Shown piece after piece: positions 35,986 through 45,559 of a DNA stretch of 64,000 nt (positions within the stretch are counted from its first letter, which is position 1; the number at the start of each line of letters is the position of its first letter). The stretch covers positions 10,265 to 74,264 of the forward strand of contig JACQPY010000007.1 of NCBI GenBank assembly GCA_016207275.1, given 5' to 3'. Made by a program: the position numbers and the translations under genes. The notes beneath the pieces were generated by a model. The model was given only the letters and a program-made list of their open reading frames with translations, did no database searches and was not told the DNA's origin. Source of the stretch: Candidatus Kerfeldbacteria bacterium. GTDB taxonomy: Bacteria > Patescibacteriota > Patescibacteriia > SBBC01.

Positions 35986-37347
35986 ATGACCAATGAACAA
36001 CTCTGGCAGGTTGTCCTTGGTGAGCTTGAGCTGCTCATCAGTAAAGCTAATTTTACGACGTGGTTTAAGAACACGTTCGTCTTATCGGCTGACCAGGGGA
36101 CCGTGTTGATCGGCGTGCCAAACGCCTTCACCCAGAGCTGGCTGCAGAATAAGTACCACGATCAGATCATCAAAGCGCTTGAACACGCGCTTGACCAAAA
36201 ACCCGTCAAAGTCGAGTATCAGGTCTCGACCCCGAAACGCCACGCCGCCTCGCCCGGCTCGACCCCGACGGTCGACACGGTCGCGCCGAAACCAACCGCC
36301 AACGGAAACGGCCGCATCGAGGACTTCAATCTCAACCCGCGTTACCAGTTCGTGGGTTTTGTCGTTGGTAAGGGCAATGCGCTGGCCCATGCGGCGGCCA
36401 TGGCGGTTAGTGAAAAGCCGGGAGAAACCTACAACCCGCTGTTTATCTACGGCGGCGCTGGTTTGGGCAAGACGCACTTGATGCAGGCCATCGGCCACGA
36501 GGTGTTGCGGCGTTTCCCCGACAAACGCGTTCTGTACGTCAGCTGCGAGCGGTTCACCAACGACTTCATCCAGGCCGTCTCGCGGGGTCAGGCCGAATCG
36601 TTCAAGAAGCGCTACCGCACCGTCGACGTCTTATTGATCGACGATATCCAATTCCTAGCGGGTAAAGAGGGGACGCAGGAAGAATTCTTTCACACCTTCA
36701 ACGCCTTGCACCAAGTTAATCGGCAGATCGTAGTTACCTCCGATCGCCCGCCGAAGTCGATTCCCGCGCTCGAAGCCCGAATCACTTCGCGGTTCGAATG
36801 GGGCATGATTGCCGACATCGCTCAACCCGATTACGAAACACGGACCGCCATTCTTGAATCAAAGTGTAAAGACAAGCGCTACCGCCTATCCGCGGAGATC
36901 CTTCACTTCTTGGCCACCACCATCCAGTCGAACGTCCGTGAGTTGGAGGGCGCACTCAACCGCATCATCGTCTACCAACAACTCAACAACGCCGCGCCGA
37001 CGCTCGACGGGGTCAAGCAGTTGCTGGCCTCGGTCACCAGTCGCGCCCCGCGCGGCGGACTGACCGCCAAGCAGCTGCTCAATACGGTGGCCTCGTTTTA
37101 CGATGTCTCGCTTGACGACATGGTTGGTAACAGCCGCAAGAAGGAGTTGGTGTTACCACGACAAATCGCGATGTTTTTAATGCGCGAAGAACTCAAGAGT
37201 TCGTTCCCCAATATCGGTCACGAGCTTGGTGGGCGGGATCACACGACCGCCATGCACGCCGTCATGAAGATCGGCACTATTGTCGGCAACGACGACAAGC
37301 TTCGTCAGGATATCAACCTTATCCGCCAGCGTCTGTACAACATGTGA
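35986..37347 (+). CDS. dnaA: Chromosomal replication initiator DnaA
   Basis: YNPLFIYGGAGLGKTHL, DDIQFL, QEEFFHTFN and GGRDHTT motifs. Confidence 0.99.
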   Translation: MTNEQLWQVVLGELELLISKANFTTWFKNTFVLSADQGTVLIGVPNAFTQSWLQNKYHDQIIKALEHALDQKPVKVEYQVSTPKRHAASPGSTPTVDTVAPKPTANGNGRIEDFNLNPRYQFVGFVVGKGNALAHAAAMAVSEKPGETYNPLFIYGGAGLGKTHLMQAIGHEVLRRFPDKRVLYVSCERFTNDFIQAVSRGQAESFKKRYRTVDVLLIDDIQFLAGKEGTQEEFFHTFNALHQVNRQIVVTSDRPPKSIPALEARITSRFEWGMIADIAQPDYETRTAILESKCKDKRYRLSAEILHFLATTIQSNVRELEGALNRIIVYQQLNNAAPTLDGVKQLLASVTSRAPRGGLTAKQLLNTVASFYDVSLDDMVGNSRKKELVLPRQIAMFLMREELKSSFPNIGHELGGRDHTTAMHAVMKIGTIVGNDDKLRQDINLIRQRLYNM

Positions 37348-37597
37348 ATGACTGTGGGATTGTGGTCACAAAAATCGCGGGTGGCCACGGCACAAACTAG
37401 GGATAACTCTCCCCGCCGTTACCAAACCACCAACACCTTATCCCATTGACGCCGACGCCTGCCAACAACCCCCACCAACCCACCCACACTGCCACCAACA
37501 CAAAAACCACACCACCACCACCCCTAACCCCAACAAGCAACCACCGAAACAATGGTTATCCACTTTCCCACCGTCCTTATTACTATTACCATCTGGT
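37348..37597. other. Replication origin oriC (dnaA-dnaN intergenic)
   Basis: DnaA-box-like GGGATAA, TTATCCCAT, TTATCCACT (37556) and TTTCCCACC, then a GC spacer and DnaA-trio-like TTATTACTATTACCA (37577-37591), as in the B. subtilis-type unwinding module. Confidence 0.8.
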
Positions 37598-38695
37598 ATG
37601 AAAATATCCTGCACTAAAGAGAACCTTACCACAGGACTGTCGATTGTTACCCGGGTAGCGGCCAAAAACCTTACGTTGCCAATCCTGGGCAACGTGTTGC
37701 TTCGGGCTACGGGCGGCACGCTAACGCTTGGGGCAACAAACCTCGAGGTTGGGGTTATTACGCGGGTGCGCGGTAAGGTTACCAAAGAGGGGTCAGTAAC
37801 CGTCCAGGCACGGCTGCTTAATGAGTTTGTAAGTTTACTCGACGACGATCGTATCGAACTTGAGTCAGATGGCACCTCGCTTCGGGTTGAGGGGGCAACT
37901 TCAAAAACCACCATCCGAGGAATTACCGCGGATGATTTTCCGATTATCCCGGCGGTGGCCCACGAGAGCGGCTTTCGGGCGCCGGCCACCACCCTCCACC
38001 ACGGGTTAACGCGTGTGCTTTTTGCCGCCGCGCAAGACGCCACCCGACCAGAAATATCTGGAATCTACGTTGCCCGGCGCGGAGCCGAACTGACCATGGC
38101 GGCCACGGACAGCTACCGCCTGGCCGAAGCCCGACTACAATTGGACGGCGCCGGCCGCGATCTTACTGCCATTATTCCCAGCCGAGCCTTAGCTGAACTG
38201 GCCCGGATCCTGCCCGTGGAGGGCCAGGTTGAGCTTTATCTCAGTGATAGTCAAGCCCTCTTCGTCACCGACGGCACAGAGTTGACCACCCGGTTGATCG
38301 AGGGCCAGTACCCCGATTATCAGCAGATCATCCCGGAATCGAGTCAGACGCAAGCGGTTGTTGACGTGGAAACACTGACCAAGGCGGTCAAAACAGCCAG
38401 CCTCTTCTGCAAACCAGGGATCAATGATGTCACCGTTGAGCTCGACCCAACCGGCCGGGTAATAACCTGCGCCGCTGCCAATGCCGAGCTCGGCGAGCAC
38501 CGCGGGCGAATCGAGGCGAAAGTCAGCGGCAAGCCAACCAGCATTGTCTTCAACTACCGTTACCTGCTCGATGGCCTAGCCAACCTCGGTACGGACAGCG
38601 CCACACTCGGCGTCTCAGATAACGCCAGTCCGGGCGTTTTACGGCCGCAAAACGGCGGGACATACCTGTACCTACTCATGCCTATTCGGCAGTAA
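37598..38695 (+). CDS. dnaN: DNA polymerase III beta clamp
   Basis: LPILGNVLL, ATNLE, AATDSYRL, GQYPDY and LLMPIR motifs. Confidence 0.98.
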   Translation: MKISCTKENLTTGLSIVTRVAAKNLTLPILGNVLLRATGGTLTLGATNLEVGVITRVRGKVTKEGSVTVQARLLNEFVSLLDDDRIELESDGTSLRVEGATSKTTIRGITADDFPIIPAVAHESGFRAPATTLHHGLTRVLFAAAQDATRPEISGIYVARRGAELTMAATDSYRLAEARLQLDGAGRDLTAIIPSRALAELARILPVEGQVELYLSDSQALFVTDGTELTTRLIEGQYPDYQQIIPESSQTQAVVDVETLTKAVKTASLFCKPGINDVTVELDPTGRVITCAAANAELGEHRGRIEAKVSGKPTSIVFNYRYLLDGLANLGTDSATLGVSDNASPGVLRPQNGGTYLYLLMPIRQ

Positions 38696-38698
38696 TGC

Positions 38699-39025
38699 AT
38701 GGCCACGCGGCTCGCTGACCTTTTGGCCGGGGCCGTCGGACGGGCTGGCGCGACCGAGCAGGTGTTAGCCGCCCAAATCCTCCGTCACACCGCCAGTCTC
38801 CTCCGGGAGCTTCTCGGGCCGGACAGTCAACAGTTCGTTTTCCCCCGCTCATTTCGGCGCGGGGCTTTGACGCTGGTGATCAGCAATCAGGCGGTTAGCC
38901 TCGAGATCCGCTACCACGAACGCCAACTGCTTGACCGCCTGCGCCAACAATTCCCCCGCATCAGCATTGAACGTGTCCAACTCGTGCGTGGCGACCCGGC
39001 GGCTACGTCGGATGAAGCACGTTGA
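38699..39025 (+). CDS. dciA: DciA/DUF721 family protein
   Basis: Position after dnaN; G.L.L.......LE.......LL..L pattern. Confidence 0.7.
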   Translation: MATRLADLLAGAVGRAGATEQVLAAQILRHTASLLRELLGPDSQQFVFPRSFRRGALTLVISNQAVSLEIRYHERQLLDRLRQQFPRISIERVQLVRGDPAATSDEAR

Positions 39026-41657
39026 TGTCAAAGCTGGCCTCGCCGACGTTGCCGACGTCGTCGCGAGCAACTACCCGAATCGGGTAGAAGCCGTTACCGA
39101 CGTCAACTAGGGGAATGGCGACGGTGGTGGCCGTGGTCGTCGGCTGCGCTACGGCGACGCCGTTGAAGTAGAATTCGGTGGCCGCAATCGTTCGCGGGCT
39201 GCTGACGGAGACGCTGACTGCCACGCTGTCAGTGGTGATGGTAGCATTGGCGGCCGGACTGGTGATGGTGACCAGCGGCGCTTGCGTGCGCAGCTCGCAG
39301 GACTCGAGCGCCGGACGCTCTTCGAGGTAACCGTTTTTCTTAGCCCACGCGTGGACCGGGCCTTCCCACGAAGCGTATTGAGGGTCTTTGGTTGGGTCAG
39401 CTGGCGCCGGTCCGAGCGGATCACGCGGGTTAAGGTAGTGGAGAATAGTATGGACGGCGCGAACTATTTTTTCGGTGACGAACTCTTTCGGCCACGAGGC
39501 CAAGCACGAGTCGGGGATTTGTCGGCCGGTGACCCAGTCGACTTTAGTCGGCACTTCACCCTCAAGCTTGCCCTGGAGGATTGGTTTGTCGACCTTGGGT
39601 GACTTGGGCTTCTTGAACGACTCCGGTCGGGTACCCTGCAGGGCCTGGCGCATGAAGGCGTTCCAGATTGGGGCGGCCACCACTGATCCGTCGGCGCCGG
39701 GTTTCATCGCCTTATTTCTGGTCTCGCCGGTCCAGACGCCGGCGACGAAGCTGGGCGTGTAGCCGAGAGCCCAAGCGTCGCGGTACTCTTGGGTGGTGCC
39801 GGTCTTGGCCGCCACTGGTCGGTCCGGCAGCGTCAGCCGGTTGCGTGAGCCAAAAATAAAGCTGCGGGCATCGTTGTCGCTGAGCACACTGTTGATCATT
39901 CGGGCAACATTCTCGTCCAGAACGCGGCTGGCCGTGGCCTTGAACTCTTCTAGAATCTTGCCGCTCCGATCCTCAATCCGGAGGATCGGCGCGGTGGTGT
40001 AGCGCATCCCCTCGGTCGCAAAAGCGCCGAAGGCCGCGGTATGCTCGAGCAGGGTGACGTCGGCTCCACCCAAGACTAGCGACAGGCCGAGCCGCGAACG
40101 GTCATCCCAGGTGGTGTAGCCCATTTTTTGGGCTTGGTCAATGACGTTATCGATACCGGCCAAGTAGAGGGTTTTGACCGCCGGGATGTTAAGCGATCCG
40201 GCCAGAGCCTGGCGCATCGCCACTGGTCCGTGCTCCTTGCCGTCGTAGTTATTCGGCGCATAGTCGGGTCCACCGGCGTTCTTGAACCGAGTCTTCAGGT
40301 CGAATAGAATGGTCTCTGGTGTAAAGCCGCGACTAAAAGCCGTGGCGTAGACAATCGGCTTGATTGATGATCCGGGCTGTTGCAGCGTCAGGGCGACGTT
40401 GACGTTGCCGTCAATGTCTCGGTTAAAGTAATCACGCGAACCAACCATGGTCAGGAGCTGGCCGGTCTTAGGGTCGATCGCCACCAGCGCGACGTTCGTC
40501 GCCCCCCACCGCTTCTCGTTGGCCGGCGCCAGCTCGCCGATGACCTTCTCGGCCGCCAGCTGCTTGTCGACGTCGAGGGTCGTCGTCACCCGAAGCCCGC
40601 CGCGCTCGACTACCTTCTCACCGTATTTTTCTGTCAGTAATTCTTTGACGTAGAAGACGAAGTGCGGAGCAATGATGGTTTCCCGTTTCGGCTTGACGTT
40701 TTTAAGGACATCGTCTTGCTGGGCCGCATCGGCCTCCGCTTGCTTGAGGTACCCCTGCTCGACCATTAGGTCGAGGATGTAGTGAGCCCGGCCGAGCAGT
40801 TTGTCGGTATGGTTGCCGTAGGGCGAGTAGAAGGTCGGGGCCTGCGGCAGCGCGGCCAGGACAGCCGATTCGGCCAAGGTCAGGGAGCGGGCCGGTTTAC
40901 CAAAATACGTTTCGGCGGCGGCTTCGACGCCGTAGGCATTCGAGCCGTACGGGATTTCGTTGAAGTAGAGCTTGAGAATTTGCTCTTTCGTGAAGCGGCG
41001 TTCGATTTGGTAGGCGAGGACGACCTCGCGAATCTTGCGGGTCAACCTTTTTTCACTGGTCAGAATGGCATTCTTGACGAACTGCTGGGTAATGGTCGAG
41101 CCGCCCTGCGACGAACCGGTAGTAACGTCGCGCCACAGGGCGCGGACAATGCCGGTCAGCGAGAAGCCTTGGTGTTTGTAGAAGTCTTTGTCTTCGATGG
41201 CGACGGTGGCGTTAATGACCGACGGCGTAATTTCGCTCAGCTCGACCACGGTCCGACGCTCGTCACCATGGATTTCATAGAGTAACGTTTTACCGTCGCG
41301 GGCGTAAATCCGAGTTGATTGGGCGACGTTGCGATCAGAGATTTTGTCGGGGTCGGGGAGATCACGGGAAAACCAGGCAAACACCACCACGGTTGAAAAG
41401 ACAAAAAACAGCGCCAGCGTTGCGCCGAGCGGAAACCAAAAGCGGACCAACCGCTCGCGACGGGCTTGTTGACGGGCAGCAGCGCGCATCCGCTCCCAGG
41501 CGCGTCGCCCGGCTACCATGAACAAACCTCCCAGCGCGACCAGCGCCCGGAAGATGGTCGGACCACCTCGCGGCTTCGCGGCGCGCCAGGTACGATCAAA
41601 CCGGCGAGTTGGGTCTTCAGCGTTTGGCGGGGGTCGCTTGAGGTGGGGGATGGGCAT
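39003..41657 (-). CDS. Class A penicillin-binding protein (PBP1A family) with C-terminal Ig domain
   Basis: EDKDF, QGGSTITQQ, QPGSSIKP, SLN and KTGT motifs. Confidence 0.96.
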   Translation of the reverse strand: MPIPHLKRPPPNAEDPTRRFDRTWRAAKPRGGPTIFRALVALGGLFMVAGRRAWERMRAAARQQARRERLVRFWFPLGATLALFFVFSTVVVFAWFSRDLPDPDKISDRNVAQSTRIYARDGKTLLYEIHGDERRTVVELSEITPSVINATVAIEDKDFYKHQGFSLTGIVRALWRDVTTGSSQGGSTITQQFVKNAILTSEKRLTRKIREVVLAYQIERRFTKEQILKLYFNEIPYGSNAYGVEAAAETYFGKPARSLTLAESAVLAALPQAPTFYSPYGNHTDKLLGRAHYILDLMVEQGYLKQAEADAAQQDDVLKNVKPKRETIIAPHFVFYVKELLTEKYGEKVVERGGLRVTTTLDVDKQLAAEKVIGELAPANEKRWGATNVALVAIDPKTGQLLTMVGSRDYFNRDIDGNVNVALTLQQPGSSIKPIVYATAFSRGFTPETILFDLKTRFKNAGGPDYAPNNYDGKEHGPVAMRQALAGSLNIPAVKTLYLAGIDNVIDQAQKMGYTTWDDRSRLGLSLVLGGADVTLLEHTAAFGAFATEGMRYTTAPILRIEDRSGKILEEFKATASRVLDENVARMINSVLSDNDARSFIFGSRNRLTLPDRPVAAKTGTTQEYRDAWALGYTPSFVAGVWTGETRNKAMKPGADGSVVAAPIWNAFMRQALQGTRPESFKKPKSPKVDKPILQGKLEGEVPTKVDWVTGRQIPDSCLASWPKEFVTEKIVRAVHTILHYLNPRDPLGPAPADPTKDPQYASWEGPVHAWAKKNGYLEERPALESCELRTQAPLVTITSPAANATITTDSVAVSVSVSSPRTIAATEFYFNGVAVAQPTTTATTVAIPLVDVGNGFYPIRVVARDDVGNVGEASFDINVLHPT

Positions 41658-41806
41658 ACGGTTGAGTCCACGCCGGATACATCAACGTCCGCACCAGCGG
41701 TCGGTGATGCTCAGTAGCCGGTGCCTGGCGACTCGCGTCGCCGACGTGCTCATAGCCTGCCGAGCATAACAAAAAAGTGCTATACTTTCAAGCGTTTAGC
41801 GCACTA

Positions 41807-42997
41807 ATGGACTCTCGCGAACTATTAACTCGTGGTATTGCTGAAGTCGTTGATCGAGCGCACCTCGGCCAACACCTCAGTCGTGGCCGCCCGTTGCGCG
41901 TTAAGTTCGGCATTGACCCGACCGGCGCGCAATTACACCTTGGTCACGCGGTACCGCTGCGAGTGTTGCGTCGCTGGCAAGACCTCGGTCACGTCGCTGT
42001 CTTGATTATTGGCGACTATACCGCCAGCATCGGTGATCCGTCAGGTCGTACTGAGACACGGCCGCCGTTGTCTGACGCCGCGATTAAAAAAAATTACGCG
42101 ACCTACGAACGTCAAGCGTTCAAGATTATAGACCAGAAACGTACCGAGGTCCGCTGGCAGTCTGAGTGGTTTAAGAAGTTTTCGCTAAAAGACCTTATCG
42201 GTCAGGCGGCGCAGCTGTCAGTCGGCTGGATACTGTCCCATGAAACGTTTCGCGACCGCGCCAAAAACAGGCAACCGCTGGCTTTTCACGAGCTGTTCTA
42301 CCCGCTGCTGCAAGCTTACGATTCAGTGGCGGTCAAAGCTGACGTGGAGGTCGGCGGGCTCGATCAAAAATTCAACCTGCTGACCGGCCGGGAGTTAATG
42401 AGAGCACACGGTTTGCCGCCACAGGACGTGGTCCTGACCAAGTACCTAATCGGTACGGACGGCCAGAAAATGGGCAAGTCGCTCAACAACTTTATTGCCC
42501 TGGAAGAAGAGCCGTTTGAGATGTTCGGGAAGATTATGTCCTTGCCAGATACCGTGCTGCGCGACTATTTCGAGCTGGCGACTGATGTGGCACTGGCGGA
42601 TTTTGAAAAAATGCACTGGTCAGGCGCCGAAGCGCGGAACACGAAGATGTTTTTGGCGCGCAAGATTGTTGAGGAGTACCATGGTGTCGAGAAATCGAAT
42701 GAGGCGATGCGAAAATGGGAAGACTTTCGAGAGGGAAAAACCGACGGCCGAACAGTCGAAGTAAAATTTTGGAAGGCGTTAAGAGACGTTGTAGTAAACG
42801 CCGGCTACGCCCGTAGCAATAGTGATGCTCAAAGGTTGTTCGAACAAGGAGCAGTTTATCTTGACGGAAAAATTGAAAAAGATTGGCGGAAAAATCCTTG
42901 GGATGTTGGTTTAGGCTGGCATCAACTCGTTATTGGAAAGAAAAAAAGAACGGTCAAATTTCTCATTCAGGCACTGCCAAAAAAGAAAACAATTTGA
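41807..42997 (+). CDS. tyrS: Tyrosine--tRNA ligase
   Basis: GIDPTGAQLHLGH, YPLLQAYD, GGLDQKFN and KMGKS motifs; S4-like tail. Confidence 0.97.
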   Translation: MDSRELLTRGIAEVVDRAHLGQHLSRGRPLRVKFGIDPTGAQLHLGHAVPLRVLRRWQDLGHVAVLIIGDYTASIGDPSGRTETRPPLSDAAIKKNYATYERQAFKIIDQKRTEVRWQSEWFKKFSLKDLIGQAAQLSVGWILSHETFRDRAKNRQPLAFHELFYPLLQAYDSVAVKADVEVGGLDQKFNLLTGRELMRAHGLPPQDVVLTKYLIGTDGQKMGKSLNNFIALEEEPFEMFGKIMSLPDTVLRDYFELATDVALADFEKMHWSGAEARNTKMFLARKIVEEYHGVEKSNEAMRKWEDFREGKTDGRTVEVKFWKALRDVVVNAGYARSNSDAQRLFEQGAVYLDGKIEKDWRKNPWDVGLGWHQLVIGKKKRTVKFLIQALPKKKTI

Positions 42998-43081
42998 CTT
43001 CGGAGCTCAGTCAAACGCATCCGGCAACTGTCAAGAAACACACCACCCCGCAAACACAAACAAGCGGTTAACGTCATATTA

Positions 43082-43110
43082 GCCCCTCCTCACATGAGGA
43101 GGGGCAAAAA
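43082..43110. repeat. REP-like palindrome/terminator
   Basis: GCCCCTCCTCACATGAGGAGGGGC followed by AAAAAA. Confidence 0.65.
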
Positions 43111-43160
43111 ACGACCTATGTTTATTCCACTGCTTGTGGGGTGGTCTGATTGTTGAATGG

Positions 43161-44120
43161 TTACCGACGTTTCTTCGAGGGTCTTTTCTTCCCTTCTCCC
43201 CGGTAGAACCTAGCCGCATCTTCAGGTGGAACGGTGTTGACGATGAGCCGTGATCCGAGTTCGAGGCCGGCCCAGACGTCGCCGCGCGGCGCAATCCGAA
43301 GGTAGAAGTGTTCGTTTTTGTCGTTGACCAGCTGGTGGCAGAAGAGGTTGTAGGGCAGGCCGAGCGTACTCAGCTTTGTCAACAGGTGCTTGAGCATGGC
43401 GGCCAGCGACTGTCGCTCAACGGCTTTTAGGTTGCCGAGGTTGTCGACATGGCGCCAGGGAATGATCCAGGCTTCGTAGTTGTAGGACGAGGCGTACGGA
43501 GCGATCACGCCGAAGTGGCCATCTTCAGTAATCCAGCGCGGACCTTTTTGCTCGCGGACGAGGAGGTCCTCATAATAGCAGCGACCTTTCTGGATCTGGT
43601 ACTCTTCTGCCCGTCGGCGTTTGTCAACGATGTGCGGCGGGACGAACGACGAGGCGAAGATTTGCGAGTGCGCGTGGGCAATCGAGGCGCCGGCTTTTCC
43701 GCCGCGATTTTTGAAGGTCATGATGTACTTAATTTTCGAGTCCCGTTCGAGCGTGCGGATACGTTTGCCAAAGACGTCGATGATGATGGCGATGTGCTCG
43801 ACCGACAGGTCGGCAAACTCGACGTTGTGTTCCGGCGTATCAATCACCACTTCTTGGTAGCCGTAGGCTTTCGGGTTGCTCGCGTGAACAACGGGGTAGA
43901 CGTTCTTGATGACTTTGACGGTCCAGTGTAAGCCACGACCAATCGTCAAGAGCGCTTTGACGTCGCGCAGCTGCGGGGGACAGAAAATGCAGGTGGCCGG
44001 GCCTTGGTCTTGATGGACCACGGTCGTCGGCGGAAAGTCATGCGGTCGGCGCTTGCGTCCAGCCGCGATGATGACCACCCGATCGTGAATGTAGTCTTGG
44101 CGAATTTCTGAGGTTGTCAT
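43161..44120 (-). CDS. galT: GalT-like hexose-1-phosphate nucleotidyltransferase
   Basis: R..RP, CIFC, QEVVID and AGASIAHAHSQ (HxHxQ) motifs. Confidence 0.88.
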   Translation of the reverse strand: MTTSEIRQDYIHDRVVIIAAGRKRRPHDFPPTTVVHQDQGPATCIFCPPQLRDVKALLTIGRGLHWTVKVIKNVYPVVHASNPKAYGYQEVVIDTPEHNVEFADLSVEHIAIIIDVFGKRIRTLERDSKIKYIMTFKNRGGKAGASIAHAHSQIFASSFVPPHIVDKRRRAEEYQIQKGRCYYEDLLVREQKGPRWITEDGHFGVIAPYASSYNYEAWIIPWRHVDNLGNLKAVERQSLAAMLKHLLTKLSTLGLPYNLFCHQLVNDKNEHFYLRIAPRGDVWAGLELGSRLIVNTVPPEDAARFYRGEGKKRPSKKRR

Positions 44121-45559
44121 AGCGTCTTCCGGGCTTGTTGGTACAGCTCGAGGTAGGCGCGGGCCGAGCGATCCCAGGAAAAATCTTGGGTCATGCAGCG
44201 ACTAAGGAGGGCTTGCCAGCGTGGCCGGTCGTGGTACCAGTGTAAACCGCGAGCGACGGACTCGGCAAAGGCTTTCGGCGTAAAGGGGGTAAAGGTGAAG
44301 CCCAGGCCGCGCTCAGGTTCAGCCGCGACGTCGGGGACCGTGTCGATCAGCCCGCCGGTGGCGTGGACGACGGGGGGGGTGCCGTAACGCATGGCGATCA
44401 TTTGGCCGAGGCCGCACGGTTCGAACACTGAGGGCATCAGGAAGAGGTCACAGCCGGCGTAGATCGCTCGGGCAAAGGCTTCGTCGAAGCCGAGACGGGC
44501 GTAGATGTGGCGGGGGTGTTCGCGGGTCAGTTTCTGGACCAGGCTTTCGTAGTCAGCCAAGCCACTACCGAGTAGGACGAGCCGGGCACCGGAACGTACC
44601 ATCATTGTACTATGCTGGACGATCAAATCAACGCCTTTCTGTTCGGTCAGACGGCCAATAAAACCAAACGTGGGAATCGTTGGATCAGGCGTAAAGCCGC
44701 ACTGTTCGTGTAGGGCCAACTTGTTTTCAGCTTTGCGTTCAATGGTGGCTGCGGTGTAGCGAACGCGAACGTACCGATCATGAGCCGGATCGTACTGGTG
44801 GGTATCAATGCCGTTGATAATGCCGACCAGATCGTCGCGGCGGTCCTGGAGCGATTCAGCCAGCCCTTCGCCGCGTTCGGGGGTGAGAATTTCTTGGGCG
44901 TAGTGTGGACTGACCGTATTGATCAACGTCGCGCCCAACACACCTTGTTGGAGGAGGTTAAGATCGCCATGGCGGTCGCGGGTGGCCAGGTGCCGGCCGT
45001 CAGCTTCCTGCAGTTCCAGAAACGATAAGACTGCGGCGGCGTTCCAGCCACCCTGGTGGGCCAGGTTGTGGATGGTAAAGACGGTCGCGGCCCGGACGGC
45101 CCGACGAGCCAGCAGAGCCGGCACTAACCCGGTATGCCAGTCGTGGCAGTGGACAATGTTAGGCTCCCAGCCGAGCAGGGGAACGATTTCCGCCACCGCC
45201 GCCGAGAAGAATAAAAAGCGGGCCAGTTCCGTGAACGGCTCGTCCACGCCGTGTTCGTTGTAGACTGGACCACGGCTGAGGTAGGTGGTGTTCTCAATCA
45301 AGTAGACCGGTACCTTCGTTTCCGGTAGCTGACTGGTTAGCACGCGGCAGTGTTCCTGACCGCGACCAGTGGTGACCACTACATCCGGCAACAGCGGTTC
45401 GAGCGAGGGATTACCCGTTAACCGCTCATAGCGAGGCATGATGATGCGGACATCGACCCCGAGCCGCTTGAGGGCAATCGGTAGAGCGCCAACGACATCA
45501 GCCAGTCCGCCGACTTTAGCGAACGGACTAACTTCGGCGCTCACCAAGAGGATGTTCAT
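44117..45559 (-). CDS. glgA: Glycogen synthase (GT5)
   Basis: KVGGLADV, HCHDWH and PSVFEPCGLGQM motifs. Confidence 0.95.
   Translation of the reverse strand: MNILLVSAEVSPFAKVGGLADVVGALPIALKRLGVDVRIIMPRYERLTGNPSLEPLLPDVVVTTGRGQEHCRVLTSQLPETKVPVYLIENTTYLSRGPVYNEHGVDEPFTELARFLFFSAAVAEIVPLLGWEPNIVHCHDWHTGLVPALLARRAVRAATVFTIHNLAHQGGWNAAAVLSFLELQEADGRHLATRDRHGDLNLLQQGVLGATLINTVSPHYAQEILTPERGEGLAESLQDRRDDLVGIINGIDTHQYDPAHDRYVRVRYTAATIERKAENKLALHEQCGFTPDPTIPTFGFIGRLTEQKGVDLIVQHSTMMVRSGARLVLLGSGLADYESLVQKLTREHPRHIYARLGFDEAFARAIYAGCDLFLMPSVFEPCGLGQMIAMRYGTPPVVHATGGLIDTVPDVAAEPERGLGFTFTPFTPKAFAESVARGLHWYHDRPRWQALLSRCMTQDFSWDRSARAYLELYQQARKTL

Noticed and set aside
42998-43081. Relic duplicate of the tyrS 3' end
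   Set aside because: No convincing similarity in the frames checked.
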